DNA from: the human T2T-CHM13v2.0 reference genome, Homo sapiens
DNA: 64,000 bases
Reading direction: 5' to 3' (one strand)
Assembly (NCBI RefSeq): GCF_009914755.1
Contig: NC_060934.1
Program-made: the position numbers and the translations under genes
In this document: positions 1 to 13,954 of the stretch, one piece after another
How the letters are laid out: every line of letters begins with the position of its first letter
Numbering within the stretch: the first letter of the stretch is position 1
The notes under the pieces: generated by a model
The model's database searches: none
What the model was told of the DNA's origin: nothing
Seen by the model: the letters and a program-made list of their open reading frames with translations, nothing else

Positions 1-129
1 GTTGAAAATGTTTCCAATATCTGCAGTGAAGAGGGGGTTAATATAACTTCTCATAGCAGCAGGAAAAGGTAGGCTAACCAGTAGACACACAGGAAAAGTT
101 ATGATAATACAAGTTACAGAAGGAGAAAT

Positions 130-450
130 CTAATGGCTTAGAAATATTAAAAGAGAAGTGCTACTGAAGTAATGATCAACAACATTCAACTGAAAACAAT
201 GAATTATCACTTTAAGCCCATTAGATTGATAAAAATTTGAAAATCAGAATATAAAAATGGTGCAGACGTGGAGAAACCAGAACCACAAGCAGTGTTGATG
301 GGATAAAAAGGATGCAGACTCCTAGAAAGACTGGCGCTTAGGTAAATTAAATACATTTGTGTTTATGATACTGTTTAGCGCTCCATCTCCTTGAATAGGG
401 AGCAGAACAAATCTCTCACAATTTCATAAAGAACTGTGTATGAACAAGAC
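130..450 (+). mobile_element. Ancient L1M (L1ME-like) ORF2 3' fragment
   Basis: Degenerate match to the L1 3' ORF2 stretch (…aaaacaatgaattatcactttaagcccattagattgataaaaatt…gtggagaaaccagaac). Confidence 0.5.
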
Positions 451-2329
451 TATTCTTAGGGTATGTGGGACTCCAGCAAATATTTTTGGCAGAATTCTGA
501 TCTGTGTATTCAATCCGATCAGAAAATATATTTAAAACATCAGGTGTCTAAATGAGGACAGTGGCTTATTATTGACGGTTTGGAATGATGAGTACAGAAG
601 AAGTTCTCAGATATTCCCTTTTTGTCTAATTAGTGCATGTGAACATTCGTCATACTGTCTAGGTACCATCTCTTCTAGTTCAGATCCAATAATTATCTCT
701 TCGTGTTCATGATTGTCAAACATGCTATTTCAGTCTATTTCACATCTTCTGCTATGAGAAAAAGGAAATGATTGATATTATTTATAATTCCATGACTCTT
801 TGGGGTCTATTTTATTGAAATAATATAGATCTTGCCTGTGCGGTTACAAAATTTCAATTATTTAATGCTGGTTACATCATGACTCAGAACACTATGTCAT
901 TAGTTTTGCATTCATTCCTCCAAGAATACTGGTATCCAATGGCTATATCAAAGGTTTTACTCTACTGGATTGATAATGTCCACAAATTCAAGTCTTATAT
1001 TATGCAGGACAACATGAATGATAATTAGTTCTCTTTTCATGTTAAAGTTAAGTTGTTGAACAAAAGCATGGAATGACACATCATTCCTTCTCCTGATCTT
1101 TTTGAGTCAAATCACTGTGTTCCTAGGATGTTATTTCTTTCAATGTTGACTACACCTCTGTCTTCCACACACTGCCCACGGTGGAAGGAGGCCAGGGGCC
1201 CATGGGCTGAGTGAGAAGACCAGTACCATTTTCTCAAGGCATGTCTGTCCTTCATCAGTCACTGCTTAAGACCAGACACACAGAGCAGGATGTCAACCTA
1301 TTGATTGTAGGCAAGAGGCAAGAGAAAAGGCCTGTTAGAATTCTGGATCAATACTTTATAAAGGTCTCAAATGCCCTTGGAGGAGATTGGCATTGCCAAC
1401 CATGGAGCACTACCTGATATGCAGAGCCCACGGCGGGTGGAGAGACCGTTCTGGGTGCCAGCAGTGGGGAGAGGCACCTGGGTTCACATGCCCCAGGAAG
1501 AATGAGTACAGGAGCTCTTCAGGACAACTGGTCAACCTCACAGGCAAAATGGAGAGTCAGAAAGAGCCTCAAAAGGAAGAAAGGGGAACTGGGATCCACG
1601 TAGGTTATGATCCAGTCTCAGGTCACCAACCTTGATACACTGCTGACCTGGTTGGTCCCAGGCACCATAGGAGGACTTAGGAAGTTCTGGAGTCTGGATG
1701 TCAGGACAGGAACACCTGGACCTGTATCTAAGGGCATTACTGTGTGGGAGGGCACGCACCACAGTTATGGGTTCACAGGGCTACAAGCAGTCTAAGGAAA
1801 CTTTGTAAGCAAAATGTGGTAGATGCAAACAACGAAATATAAAGTGGTCCAAATAGTAACAGATACACATTCAGTAGTAGCCTAGTGTATCAGACACCCA
1901 TTGACTATTACTCCCAGTTTTTTTTTTTTTTTTTGATCCATCCCTAGAAAAACTTTAGTCACTGCCATGGCAACCACTTTCACACACACATCAAAGAAAT
2001 GTTCCCAGGTGCTACTGGACAGTTCCTAATCTTGGCCCATACAAACAAAACAAAACAAGAACTGTTTCCTCCCTGGGGCTTCTCTGAAGCTCTGGTAGGA
2101 AGTGTCTACAGAAAAACTCCCAGCATGATGCAGGTGCATCCCCAAAGTACTGAGAGATCAGTGCCTGAAGGACCCCACTTGGCCAAAGGAGAACAAAAGC
2201 CCATAGAAAAATAAACACTTCCATTTTGATCCCATGGGCAGAAGATTCTGAGATGCATTTCGTACAGCTTCTAAGAAAGTCTGGAGGACTCAAAGGCCCG
2301 TCACAGGTAGATGTGGAGGTAACAGGCTC

Positions 2330-2462
2330 ACGGACCAGCCTTGCCTCTTCCTTTGCTTATCTTTCTGTTCCTCCCACCAGCGCCCTGGGATCATTCCCAG
2401 ATACACATCTGCATAGAAGCCTTTGTCTCAGGCTCTCTTTCAGGACAACCCGGGCTACGACA
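2330..2462 (+). mobile_element. ERVL-class LTR 3' end (LTR16/LTR33-like)
   Basis: Ends tgtctcaggctctctttcaggacaacccgggctacgaca, resembling the LTR16/33 terminus. Confidence 0.45.
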
Positions 2463-4540
2463 CAAGACACATGGGCCTTTGTGTTGTTTGTTTATTTAAA
2501 AAAATTTTTTGACTGAAAAAAAATTATAAAAAAGGGTGAGCTCTATAGTGCATTCCTACTTAAATGAATGCAAAGCACACCAAAAAAAAAAACCTCACAT
2601 ATTTTGAAGGATTGTTTTTAAGCCACATATATATTTAAAGCATTACAGTCAATACATTTGAAGGGTAGGAAAATAAAAGGAATTTGGAAATAAAGAGGAA
2701 GGAAACGAAATAATGCTGATAACAAGCTGAGATCTGAAAAATTATTTACTCAACTCAGTGTCCCTGATGTCCAATATTTTATGGAAAAAGAGAGAGAAGC
2801 AGAGAGAAAAAAGAAAGAAGCAAAGGATATGTCTCAAACAAAAGACAATATCTTATGCCATGAAATATTCTTTAACTTTTTAATGATTTTGAGGAAAAAT
2901 ACACACTTAAGAAAAAAGAGGAGGGGTATATGACTTTCCGAAGGACAATTACAGCTATGCCTCTCCAGCATCCTTCCCTATTTATGGAAGTACCAGATTC
3001 TTGTTTGCTGAAGTATCTTGTTAGTCACGGGTTTACACTCTGGATGCAGCACGGAATATTTGGAAATTTAGAAGAGGGATATTGCTGCCCTCCGAAGCCC
3101 AAACCATCGATGTCATTTCATTCTATTTATTTCACCTGCTTATGTATTGTTGTGTCTGACTTGCTTGCTGGAAATATTGCTTATTGTGGTTGAGGGAGTA
3201 GAACAAGGAAAAGAGACGTCCTGTTCCAAAATTAGCAATGCTGCCTGGCTTCTTCATATATAAGCATTATACATTTTTACCCAGCCTCTCTGGGTATTTC
3301 CAGAGCTACTATAATTACTTTGCCAGCATTTTTCACATTTGCATCTTTCCTGCTTGTTTTTTTCTTAATGTGTTAAATGTTATCAGAAAGGAATCTGGAA
3401 GAAAAAGGGCAAAAGACGAATAAATGTGGCCTGTGTTTCCCGATGCACTGGTGAGACGTCCAGCTTCAGTTTGATCTTTGGTTAAATTTCCTAACAGGGA
3501 AAGGCATGTTTGATGGCTGCTTTGGCCAAGACACTGTTTCAGAGAAAACAAGGGAAACTTTGGGTTGACAGGGATAATAGAACTTCCTATTCCCATATAA
3601 GTGGCTTAAGAGACAACATAGAAAGAATGTGTATAATTTACAACAGCTGGATTGTCTCCCTGTAATTTATCCTTGCCCCAACAAATTAAAGCCTTTTCTA
3701 TCATCCAAATGAAGGCAAGGAGCCACATGTGTGAGCAGCATGAATGCCTGCGCCGGGAGCTGAGAGCTGGAAACCCTGTGGGACTCTTCCCAAGACAGCT
3801 CGCCCCTGGCCATGGGGCTGCCGTCAGGACCACAGAGCCTCTTCTGGGTGATGCTTTGTTCCAATCACTCATGTCTCTTGTCCCTAAAATTCAAGTCTCA
3901 TCGCTAAAAATGTATAAGTTTAGAAAGATTTTTTCAGCGCTTTTCAAATTTGGAATTTCCCTGCTAACAGGCAGGTGACATAAAATTTCAGTAAGCTCAC
4001 TTCAAGTATCTTAGGGTTTCCTCATAACTTTCTCCCCCAGGGGAGCACCAGGCACCTGAGACAATTATGGGATGACAGAAAAAAAACAAGAGTTTGTAAG
4101 AAAACATACTGCCATAAATCCCACCTTTGCTGCTTATGAGTTGTACAGGAGAGACAAATTTTCAAAACCCTATGTGGGTCTCCACATCTACAAAAATGGA
4201 GGTCACATGTCTCTGTCCCTTACACTTAGGAGAGTGCCGGGCACACAGTAGGGTTTTCCATTGTTATTTCTCTTTCTTATTTGCTACTGTTCTTCCTGCC
4301 TTAACACCTAGGAGTTGAAGCTTTCATTCCTATTGACAGAAGACATATCTAAACTACTCATAATTCAGTTCCTTATGTTCTCCTCCCTCTTAATCTTTTT
4401 AAATTAACTCTTTATTCATTACTTTTGGGGATGGGAGCATGGAATCTTTCACCACTACAAGAGAATGAGTACCCGACGTTAAAACATTTTTAAATAGTCT
4501 ATGCCTTTTTAAAACTATGAAAGGGATGCTATAATAATTA

Positions 4541-4680
4541 TAAAAATTATTTCATCATATACACAATGAAATAACTGTATTTGTCTTTCTTTTCTGCCAA
4601 ATTTAATCTGCTGTAAAATTATTTCACCATGTACACATTGAAATAATTGTATTTTTTTTCTTTTCTGCCAAATTTAATCT
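4541..4680. repeat. ~70-bp tandem duplication (2 copies)
   Basis: taaaa(a)ttatttca…cttttctgccaaatttaatct occurs at 4541-4609 and 4614-4680. Confidence 0.9.
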
Positions 4681-5245
4681 ACGATAAGCCTCTACTTCCC
4701 TGGTTGAGAAAAAAATTCAGTCTCCATCACTGTCAAGTCACCTCCATCTCTTCCATAGTGTAATGCAAGAATACTGGGCTTCTATGAGCAGGGCAGGGTT
4801 GGAGTCCTATATTCTCATTATTGCTGCATGAGGCATGGGACCCCACTGTCTGGCAGGCATTGGTACTCTGAGTAAGAGTCGCAGAAGCTCCCCTTTCTTC
4901 TCTTAAGGTCTCAGAGTTTCCTCCATGCCTGAAGCCCTGCAGCACCCGGGCACTCATAATCCCTGCTGCAATTAGTATTAACTACGTCTTGGCATGGTGA
5001 GATGCTTTCCAAATTCTCGCTTCCTAGGCTTGGCTTGCATTTACCTCTTACATGAGTTGATAACAACGATTTGAGGCCAAGACCTCATAACTCAAAAAAC
5101 TAAACACAGCTACATTTTGGGGGTTGGGAGAGGAAAAATAACTTCATCTCCTCCAAGTACTTCTAAGCTCTTAAGCAAGGAGATGATACATAAATTAATC
5201 TCTCAACATGTTAGCTGATACTTTTCTCATCACTTCTTTTTCTTT

Positions 5246-5637
5246 GACTTTTTAAAAATTAATTATGCATACATAATAATTATATATGCTTATGGGGTAC
5301 ATGAGTACATGTAATATTTTGATACAGGCATACAATATATAATGATCAAATCAGGGAAATTGGAGTAGCCATCATCTCAAGCATTTATCAGTTCTTTGTA
5401 TTAGGAACATTTCAATTCCATTCTTTTTGTTATTTTAAAATATACTATAAATTATTGTTAACTATAGTCACCCTATTGTGCTACTGAATATTAGCTCTTA
5501 TTCATTCTATCCAACTGTATTTTGTACCCATTAGCCGTCCCCCACTTTATTCCACACTCTCTATTACCCTTACTCTGACAACCATCATTCCACTCTCTCT
5601 GTGAGTTCAGTTTGTTTAATTTTTAGCTTCCACATAT
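5246..5637 (-). mobile_element. L1MA 3' end
   Basis: ttatggggtacatg…gatacaggcatacaat…caagcatttatc…actatagtcaccctattgtgctac, a typical antisense L1MA 3'UTR. Confidence 0.85.
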
Positions 5638-5744
5638 CCCGCACATAGAGAGTGGTAATCTACCTATATGTGAATAGATTTTAATATGTTACCTCTTTGA
5701 TATTTTTATCAAACTTCCTTGTAGTATTCTTTTTCTAAGGATAT

Positions 5745-5885
5745 TAAAGTTGAGGAAATTAAAGTTTAGAAAGATTTAGTGATTTATTCAAGTTCACTAA
5801 GCTAGTAAATGATGGAGCAAGAATTTAAACTCAGGATTGTCTAATCAAAAAAATGGCATTCTTTCAATTACATCATGCTATACTC
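5745..5885 (-). mobile_element. MIR SINE fragment
   Basis: gaggaaattaaag…caagttcactaagctagtaaatgatggagcaagaatttaaactcagg, antisense MIR core. Confidence 0.6.
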
Positions 5886-6205
5886 TAATCATAGAATTAT
5901 GATGACCACTGTACTAGTCAGTGTTTTCCAGAGAAACTTAACCAATAGGATATATATACACTGAATAATATATTAGACATATATAATTACATATATATTA
6001 TACATATATTTTATATTTAGTTAATATATATCTAATATACATATATTAGATATATAATGAATATATGTGATGTAATGAATATATAATGAAATTCATTACA
6101 AATAATTGGCTTAAGGATTACGGTAGGTGAAATGTCCCATGATCTACCATCAGTAAGCATTAAGAACCAGGAAAATCCATGCTGTAAATTCTAGTTTGAG
6201 TCCAA

Positions 6206-7177
6206 TGAGACAAGAATAATACAGGATGGTTACAGGAGGATAGAACATTCCAGACAGCAGTTTCACATACTCGCAAAAAGGAAACTATTGAAATAGCTCC
6301 ATAAGTTAGGGGCCAATAAGATCCTCACAACCAGAGTGTGGGCCAAGCCGACTAAGACAAACTGGACTCAACATGACACTGGATTTGGCCTAGGTTTCAC
6401 CTAGGATTTCATTCTATACTCATTAACATACTAAAGCACACACCCATCAGTGACATGATAGTTCCAGGATAATATGGTTTGGCTGTGTCCCCACCCAAAT
6501 CTCATCTTGAATTGTAGTTCCCATAATCCCCGCTTGTCATGGGAGGGACCTGGTGGGAGGTAATTTAATCACAGGGGCAGTTACCTTCATGCGGTTCTCA
6601 TAATAGTGAGTGAGCTCTCATGAGATCTGATGGTTTTATAAGGGGCTTTTCTCTCTTTTGCTCAGCACTTCTCCTTGCTGCCACCATGTAAAGAAGGACG
6701 TATTTGCTTCCCCCTCTGCCATGATTGTAAGTTTCCTGAGGCCTCCCTAGACATGCTGAACTGTGAGTCAACTAAACTTCTTTCCTTTATAAAGCACTCA
6801 GTCTCAGGTATGTTTTTATTAGCAGCGTGAGAATAGACTAACACTTATATTTTGTGTAAAAATAGGTGACACCACAGCTATGAGAAATTTTTATCTTTTT
6901 CCAGGAATCTTCATGAATATTCCACCCCCTGGTTAAAGAAACCCCTAGAGGTAGAAGCCCCAGACTTCATCGTGTGACTCATTCTCCTGAATATAAAAAA
7001 AAGTGTTTAAAAAAAGTGTATAGTTTTTGCTTTGCAATAAATCTCCATACTTTGCCCATTTTCTGACTCATTCTTGATTTCCTTATTTCCTTACTGTAAT
7101 GGTGTCAAGAACCTGGGCAGCGGCTGGGATTAAGATCCTACTGGCATCTGGGGGCCTCTCCTAGCCTATCAGTATCA
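6206..7177 (+). mobile_element. ERV1 solo LTR (MER66-like), split by a THE1 insertion
   Basis: TG…CA termini; tgagacaagaataatacaggatggttacaggaggatagaacattccagacagcagtttcacat start; AATAAA at ~7036. Confidence 0.7.
6470..6843 (+). mobile_element. THE1 (MaLR) solo LTR, THE1D-like
   Basis: atatggtttggctgtgtccccacccaaatctcatcttgaattgtag…attagcagcgtgagaatagactaa. Confidence 0.9.
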
Positions 7178-7753
7178 CAGAGGCCTGAGAACCAAGAGTG
7201 CCAATAGTATGATTCTGAGTCCAAGAGTATTAGACTGATGTTTCAGCTCAAGCAGTTAGGTAGAGAGAGAATTCAATCTTCCTCTGCCTTTTTCATTTTT
7301 GTCCTATTCAGGCCCTCAGTGGGTTGGATGAGGCCCACATACATTTGGCAGGACCATCTGCTTTACTCAATCCACCAATTCCAATGCTAATCCCATCTAG
7401 AAACATTCTTGGGGCATACCCAGAAACCGTGTTGAACCAGGTGTCTGGGCATCCTGTGGCCCAGTCAAGTTGATGCAGGCAATTCACCACCACACCTGTC
7501 ATCCTTTCAATGTGACATCTGATGCAGGTGTATCTGTGGAAGAAAGTCTCAGGTCACTTCAAGTGTCATTCTTTCAGATTCCTTTTGACTTAAATTCACA
7601 GTTAGAAGCTTGGAAATACATCCTCACAGGTTTATACAGGCTTTGTTTAAAGCAATCTGACCGTAATCTATTAGATGGCAGTATAATCAAAAGGAAAAAA
7701 ATAACTTTTCTTTGTTCTAAAATAAGTTTCTTGACATCTCTTAAGAAGTGGCA

Positions 7754-8054
<301 letters not shown>

Positions 8055-8301
8055 GTGGCAGTTATTCCTGAATAGAAAATCTTTAGGTCTACACCAAAAG
8101 TGTGTCCCATTGCCCTTTTGAAATGGCCCACGTATAATATATTCTTACATGGTTGCTGCTACTGTCACTCACAGCTTAGTGTAGTTTGCCATGGTGTCAA
8201 ATTGGTATGTTGATCTAGTGTCTGAAAAGTATGTCTTCCATGGTCCAGGTTATCCATGTAGAGTTCTGTGAGCACCCTAGATGGTAAGACTTAAGTACAC
8301 T

Positions 8302-8545
8302 AGGTAGTATGGTGTACTACTTAGAAGTTCATGCAATGGAGTCCATTTGCCTAGGTTGTAATTCCGGTTCAACTACTCACAAGTTGTGTGCCCTGGGTAA
8401 ATTATGAACGATTTCTCAACCTTTATTTCCTAATCTCTAAAGTACTGGTAATAATAGCATCAACTCCATAGGTTTGCTTTAGCATCAAATGGGGTCATGA
8501 ACATAATTTATATAGGACACTTTGATAATTATATGTTTGCTATGG
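8302..8545 (+). mobile_element. MIR SINE
   Basis: tRNA-like head plus core (gttgtgtgccctgggtaaattatgaac…ctttatttcctaatctctaaa). Confidence 0.7.
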
Positions 8546-8906
8546 AGGAAAAAAAAGTATGAATTGCATATTACTACTGCTAGTCCATCTGAGCCCTACA
8601 TTTCTGTAGCAATTCACCTGTTCAGAGATGTTCTCTCCTTTAGGTTTATGCCCTTGGTTTCAGATCAGCTTTCTACAAATAGAAATAGCTGTTCCTTAAA
8701 GCTCTATCTGGGAGTACCTTGTAGGCTTCTCGAAGGTCATGTGTAAAAGGAAAACCTGTTTTCACTACAAAGGTGGCATCTTGTCCCTCCTGGAGTGAAC
8801 TTTTGTGCAATTTCTAATCTAGTGTCATTGGCTTGGTCTTTTCTGCCACTTTGTATTGTCCTCAAGCCCTGATTAGAAGACTATAAAGGGATCCCCTCCC
8901 CAACCA

Positions 8907-8937
<31 letters not shown>

Positions 8938-9959
8938 CAATTTTTTGGCTCTCTTGAAGCTGTCAATTTTTTTCCTTAGTTCTTAGTTCATGCTAGAGAG
9001 GCACTGGGGCTCATTATGCAAATTAAAATGACTTATACATAACCCAAATCACCTTAGGTTATACTAACGAGCCCTAGATAAGAAAGAATGAACATAAAAT
9101 TGCATCAAGGGTATTTAGGAATAACTGCCCAACTAAAAGAATAATGAGATAAATTGCAAAGGGAAGCTATGGAGTGATTTTTAAGGTAATATTTTACACC
9201 TTCAATCACTTTTAAAAATACATTCACCTGCTAATGTGTAGAGCATCTGCACTGTATGTGTGAGGAAAAAGCCTTTCTGAATATTGAGCAATGATACTGA
9301 GCTTTCTGAGTTGTGGGCTTGATCAGAAGAGGATAATTGGCTTCTCCAATGCCAGTGTTGAGGGTCAAAGGGCACCATTCTACCCTAAAACTTGCAAATT
9401 TGGTGACTACAGATGTCAGTGAAAGGACATTTCACTGTGCCTCACAGGAAGGGAAAGTAGTGAAAGCACTGACTTTTCCAGCAACGCATAACTCTTCTCC
9501 AGTCCTGTGGGCCAACCTAACCCTATGGGGTGGATCTTCCCTGCCACTTTGCATCATCCTTCCACTGTAGCCCTATGGGGTGGCCCTCTTCTACAGGATT
9601 AGAGAAGAGTTATGTGTTGCTGGAAAAGTCAGTGTTTTCACTAGTTTCCCTCCCTGCGAGGCACAGTGAAATGTCCTTTCACTGATATCTTATCACCACA
9701 TTTGCACGTGAAACTGTCCAGGACTCAACCAAGCAGAGGAGCGTTTGCTAAATCTACAAAGAACACGGAGAAGCCTGAGAACCCCGCCACTTCAGGAATT
9801 CTCAGTTTGGGGGTTGCCTGTAATATCCCTCTTGCAGTATGTGGGGAAGGGTTCCATTTCTGAGAAAAGAATCTATCTTAGATAGTTTAAGCAGTAAGAC
9901 ACTTATTATTGAATGCAGTTTGAGCATAAATGGTATAAAATGAAATAGAACCTAAAGTA

Positions 9960-10328
9960 TGGGGGTCACTGATTGGTCAAGAAGTGAGGAGTGAAGTCAC
10001 GGGCAGGGAGATGAAGAGATTGCATTCCTGTGCTGAGTTGACTCCTGGGTGGGGGGGTCTTTAGATCAGTTGGCGTCATTTGTTTTGCTAGAATTCAGGA
10101 TCTGAAAAAACACCTTAAACAATTTTTAGGTAACAAGGTTCGGTGTCAGAGATTCTGTCTGTAAGAACAATGGGGAAGCAGGTGGTCAGAGTGCCATGTG
10201 ACTCCCGGTTCGTTAGCTCCAGCAGGGAAGCAAGTCAAAGAGAGCTAGTGCCCCCGGTTCAATGCCTAACTAGAATTCTGCCTAAAGCCCAGCTTGTAAT
10301 TCTCATTAACCCTGCGGGGGCAGCTTCA
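9960..10328 (-). mobile_element. ERV1 LTR (LTR26-like)
   Basis: Reverse complement begins tgaagctgcccccgcagggttaatgagaatt and contains ccccattgttcttacagacagaatctctgac and gaccaatcagtga; probably inserted in an older MLT1 LTR (~9865-10640). Confidence 0.6.
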
Positions 10329-11769
10329 TTCCCAGGAATGATTCCCAAAAGCACATTGCAGATCTGAGTCACCAAAAACTATCACGTGCTTCTACCATGA
10401 TCAAACAGCTGTAGAACCAGGGAAGTACCAGCCAAGCTGCTGGATCTGCACAACACTGTTCCTGCCACAGTCCCCTCTAAATGCATGCCCAGGTCCTGCC
10501 TCTCTCGTTTGACTCCTTCAGATGCAAGATTCCAACAAGGGAATCTTCTTGACAACAGCTACAGGACATCTAGGAACCCCAGCTGCAAGAGATTGTCCTA
10601 TAGAGAGTGTTACAGCTCTTCAGGCTCTGTGTACTAGATACACTCTCCATATATATTAAATGAGCAAGTTTATAGAATTTGCCAAAGTGTCATTGAAAAT
10701 CACAGCTGGCCCTGACCTTAGGGAGTACGTTTCGAAGAAAGGAGTAAGTAAGGGTATAAAACTGATGTTTCTTGAGGAAAGAGTAGGCTGTGGGAGGCAA
10801 ATAAAGCCATCCACATAGGAGGGGAAGGTATGTTTCCAAATGTGAATTGCTACAGGAGTGCAGGAGTTACCCTTTTTGTTTTTCACTGTCTGCTTTGTGG
10901 AGGTCTTACATGAAGCTTCTCTTGAAGTTTCTCCTAGAAACAATTTCATAATGGTGTTTGAGTGTTTGTAATGGCTGAGAAGAATGAAATTCCCTGCCAT
11001 TCTTACCAGTAATGTCCTTCTGGATGTGGCAATATACAGAAAGTGGTCTTTACAAGGAGTTATTTTGGAGATATTTGCAGGAAAGCACATTTAGGCACAG
11101 GAGGAGGGGATATTGTGGGGGGACATCAAGGATGAGCATTATAACCATGTGATTAGCCATTTTAACGTTAAATAAAATCAATCTACTACATCAAAGGTAT
11201 TTAGGAATAACTGCCCAACTAAAAGAAAAAAAGTACATCTAATAAGCGTGGAAATTATAATACGAATAGCTAACATCTGAAACAACAGCAGAGTAAGGAA
11301 AGATTGTGGGTTTTCAATCTAAAGTTAGCTCAAAACGTGAAAATTTTCTGCAGTCAAATTAATCTTGAGAATTCTCAAATTATTCCATAAATAGATTTTA
11401 GTGTGTGGCATATTTGATTGCATGTAGGCCAAGATTGCAGCTCTTATAAACCCTAACATTATAATCCACTGAGCTAGACCAAAAGAAGAAACAAAAGATT
11501 GTACTCAGATGTCTGGGCATTCAAACTAATGCCCTTTGGTAAACCACCACATTCTAAGAAGTCAATAGATGTTAGATGGGAAATATTTAAATGTTCCTGC
11601 ATCCCTGAAGGGATTATGCAAATTTTTATTTTTTATTAACATTAATTGGAATGTATGTTACTGTTTCTTATTATGAAGACTGTTTAATTTTAATACAATA
11701 GAGTTAAATCTTAGAAGAGGTACAGAATCAGCTCTAAAATTATCATGTGCTTATGGAAAGACACAACTA

Positions 11770-11940
11770 TGTAGAATGGAGGATGGAACTTTAAAGTATT
11801 GAACATTCTTCTTGATTCTATCACTAATAAACCCTTAGAATAAGACATTCTTTGTGTTTCTCTATATTTTAGTTTCCCATCTGAGAAATGGGGTTACAGC
11901 CATAGCTTCTATCACCTAATAGCTTATTAATGTGAAAGTT
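11770..11940 (+). mobile_element. MIR fragment
   Basis: agtttcccatctgagaaatggggtta core. Confidence 0.5.
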
Positions 11941-12210
11941 CCAATGCTCTTGCCTGCAAGACATCCCTGAAGCTGGCTGCCCTTATCCTTCATTACTTAT
12001 CTCAATACTCACTTCTTCAGGTGACCTCCCATTTGACTGATATTTTAGGACAGACTTGATTACCTCTATTAAAGCTTGGGTTATTTACTCAAACTATTCG
12101 CTTATTTATCTTCAGTCTAGAAAGTTCCTTGTGATACCTGGCTCTTCTCCCACTTCCTAGTGCAATGCTTGGTTAATTGTAAGTTTTTTTGTGTGTTCAA
12201 GGAATAGAAA
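11941..12210 (+). mobile_element. L2 3' fragment
   Basis: tcacttcttcaggtgacctccc…cctagtgcaatgcttgg, degenerate L2 3' end. Confidence 0.45.
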
Positions 12211-12404
12211 GCAGAGGAGTAAAATCTTAGAAATAGAGGGAGGTGATTTTTAAATTTCTGATCCAGCATTCGAATCTCTTTATAATATTCTTGATACATA
12301 GATTACAGCCTTTTGTAGTCAATAAAATGGAAGTACCTATTTTGGTACAACTTGTTATTTCTTTCTTAAATTAAATGAATGGTGTTTCTCTCTAACTTCA
12401 AAAA

Positions 12405-12560
12405 TTATTTATCCAAGAAGATTTTATTGAGCACTTTTTAGCTCTATTCTAGTTAATGTAAGACCTTGTCCCTAACTTCAAGAAGCTCTCAAATTAGTAG
12501 AGAACAAAGGACATCAAGACAAGTCATTATAACACTTATGTTTACCAAGCATGATGCAAA
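12405..12560 (-). mobile_element. L2 3' fragment
   Basis: tttattgagcac…gtccctaacttcaagaagctctcaaattagtagag. Confidence 0.55.
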
Positions 12561-12689
12561 AAAAAAGTCTGTGCAGTAAAACCAAGGGTTTGCCTAAATA
12601 CATTGCTTCCAGAGGCACATTGACTGATGACCAGTATATTATGTAAAAACTCTTGCCAGATGGCATTCCAGATGTATTTATTCAGAGAC

Positions 12690-12911
12690 GAATAAAAATA
12701 ATAACTGCTTATTATATGCTAGACAGTGCTCTAAGCACTTTATATTATTAAATCATTTTGTTACTAGCACAACACTTTGAGGTCAGTACTGGAACCAAAA
12801 GAGGTTAATAACACGTGCAAGTTTCTGCCGCCGATATGCAGCAAGGTCCGGATTTCCATGGTGGCAGTCTGACTCTTGAAGTTTGCACTCTTAGCCGCCT
12901 TGCCATGCTGC
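12690..12911 (-). mobile_element. MIR SINE
   Basis: tatatgctagacagtgctctaagcacttta…ggcagtctgactcttgaagtttgcactcttagcc…ccatgctgc. Confidence 0.7.
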
Positions 12912-13020
12912 AAGAGAGAAGTCATTTCTACAGGAGCTTCATTTTCTTTCAATGTCCATGTAAATATAAATGCACATATTCTGTTAGTACTGAGGCAAAA
13001 GCAAAGTAGAAAGAACAATA

Positions 13021-13451
<431 letters not shown>

Positions 13452-13954
13452 TTAGGGTCACACAGAAGATGAACTAAAGCAGAATCCACCAAGGAAGTAA
13501 GGAACTCTAGATGGCCCAAGGTCAGAGACAATTCTCATAGTCACATCCATCAAATGGTCATGTCAGTTGACTGCTGGAGACAAAGCTGGATGCATACGCA
13601 TGTATATCCAACACACACGCAAGATATATGGAGAGATTCCATCCATTATTTTGAAACACATGTATTGAATATCTCATGTTAGTCAACTAATGGCCATGAG
13701 AAAGGTCAGAGTAAAAAAAACAATGATAGTTATATAATAGCACCCAAGATTCTGGTACCCAGAGAACACAGGTCAAGTAAGCAGCACCTCATTAAATGAC
13801 GCTTGCACAAAATCTCTCTTTCTACCTGGTGTGCACATGTTATAACACCATGTGTCATACTGTGTATACGTGATGTTTTAGAAACAGAGATGAGGCAGGA
13901 GCTTTTAAAGCTACACAGAAAACTAAAAACTAATGTAATTTTCTCACGATTGTC

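Larger units (their letters stand above)
5910..7494 (-). mobile_element. MLT2 (ERVL) solo LTR split into 5910-6205 and 7178-7494
   Basis: Starts tgtactagtcagtgttttccagagaaac with a TA-rich tract; resumes aggcctgagaacc and ends ggcccagtcaagttga…caccaccaca. Confidence 0.85.

Noticed and set aside
1140-1800. GC-richer block, possibly an ancient LTR or ERV fragment
   Set aside because: I could not assign termini or a family with confidence.
10656-11090. 144-aa minus-strand ORF in apparently unique DNA
   Set aside because: No recognisable domain or exon context; the length is plausible by chance in 64 kb across six frames.
9014-11623. Octamer motifs (attATGCAAAT) at ~9014 and ~11613
   Set aside because: Several such 8-mers are expected by chance in AT-rich 64 kb, and there is no supporting context.
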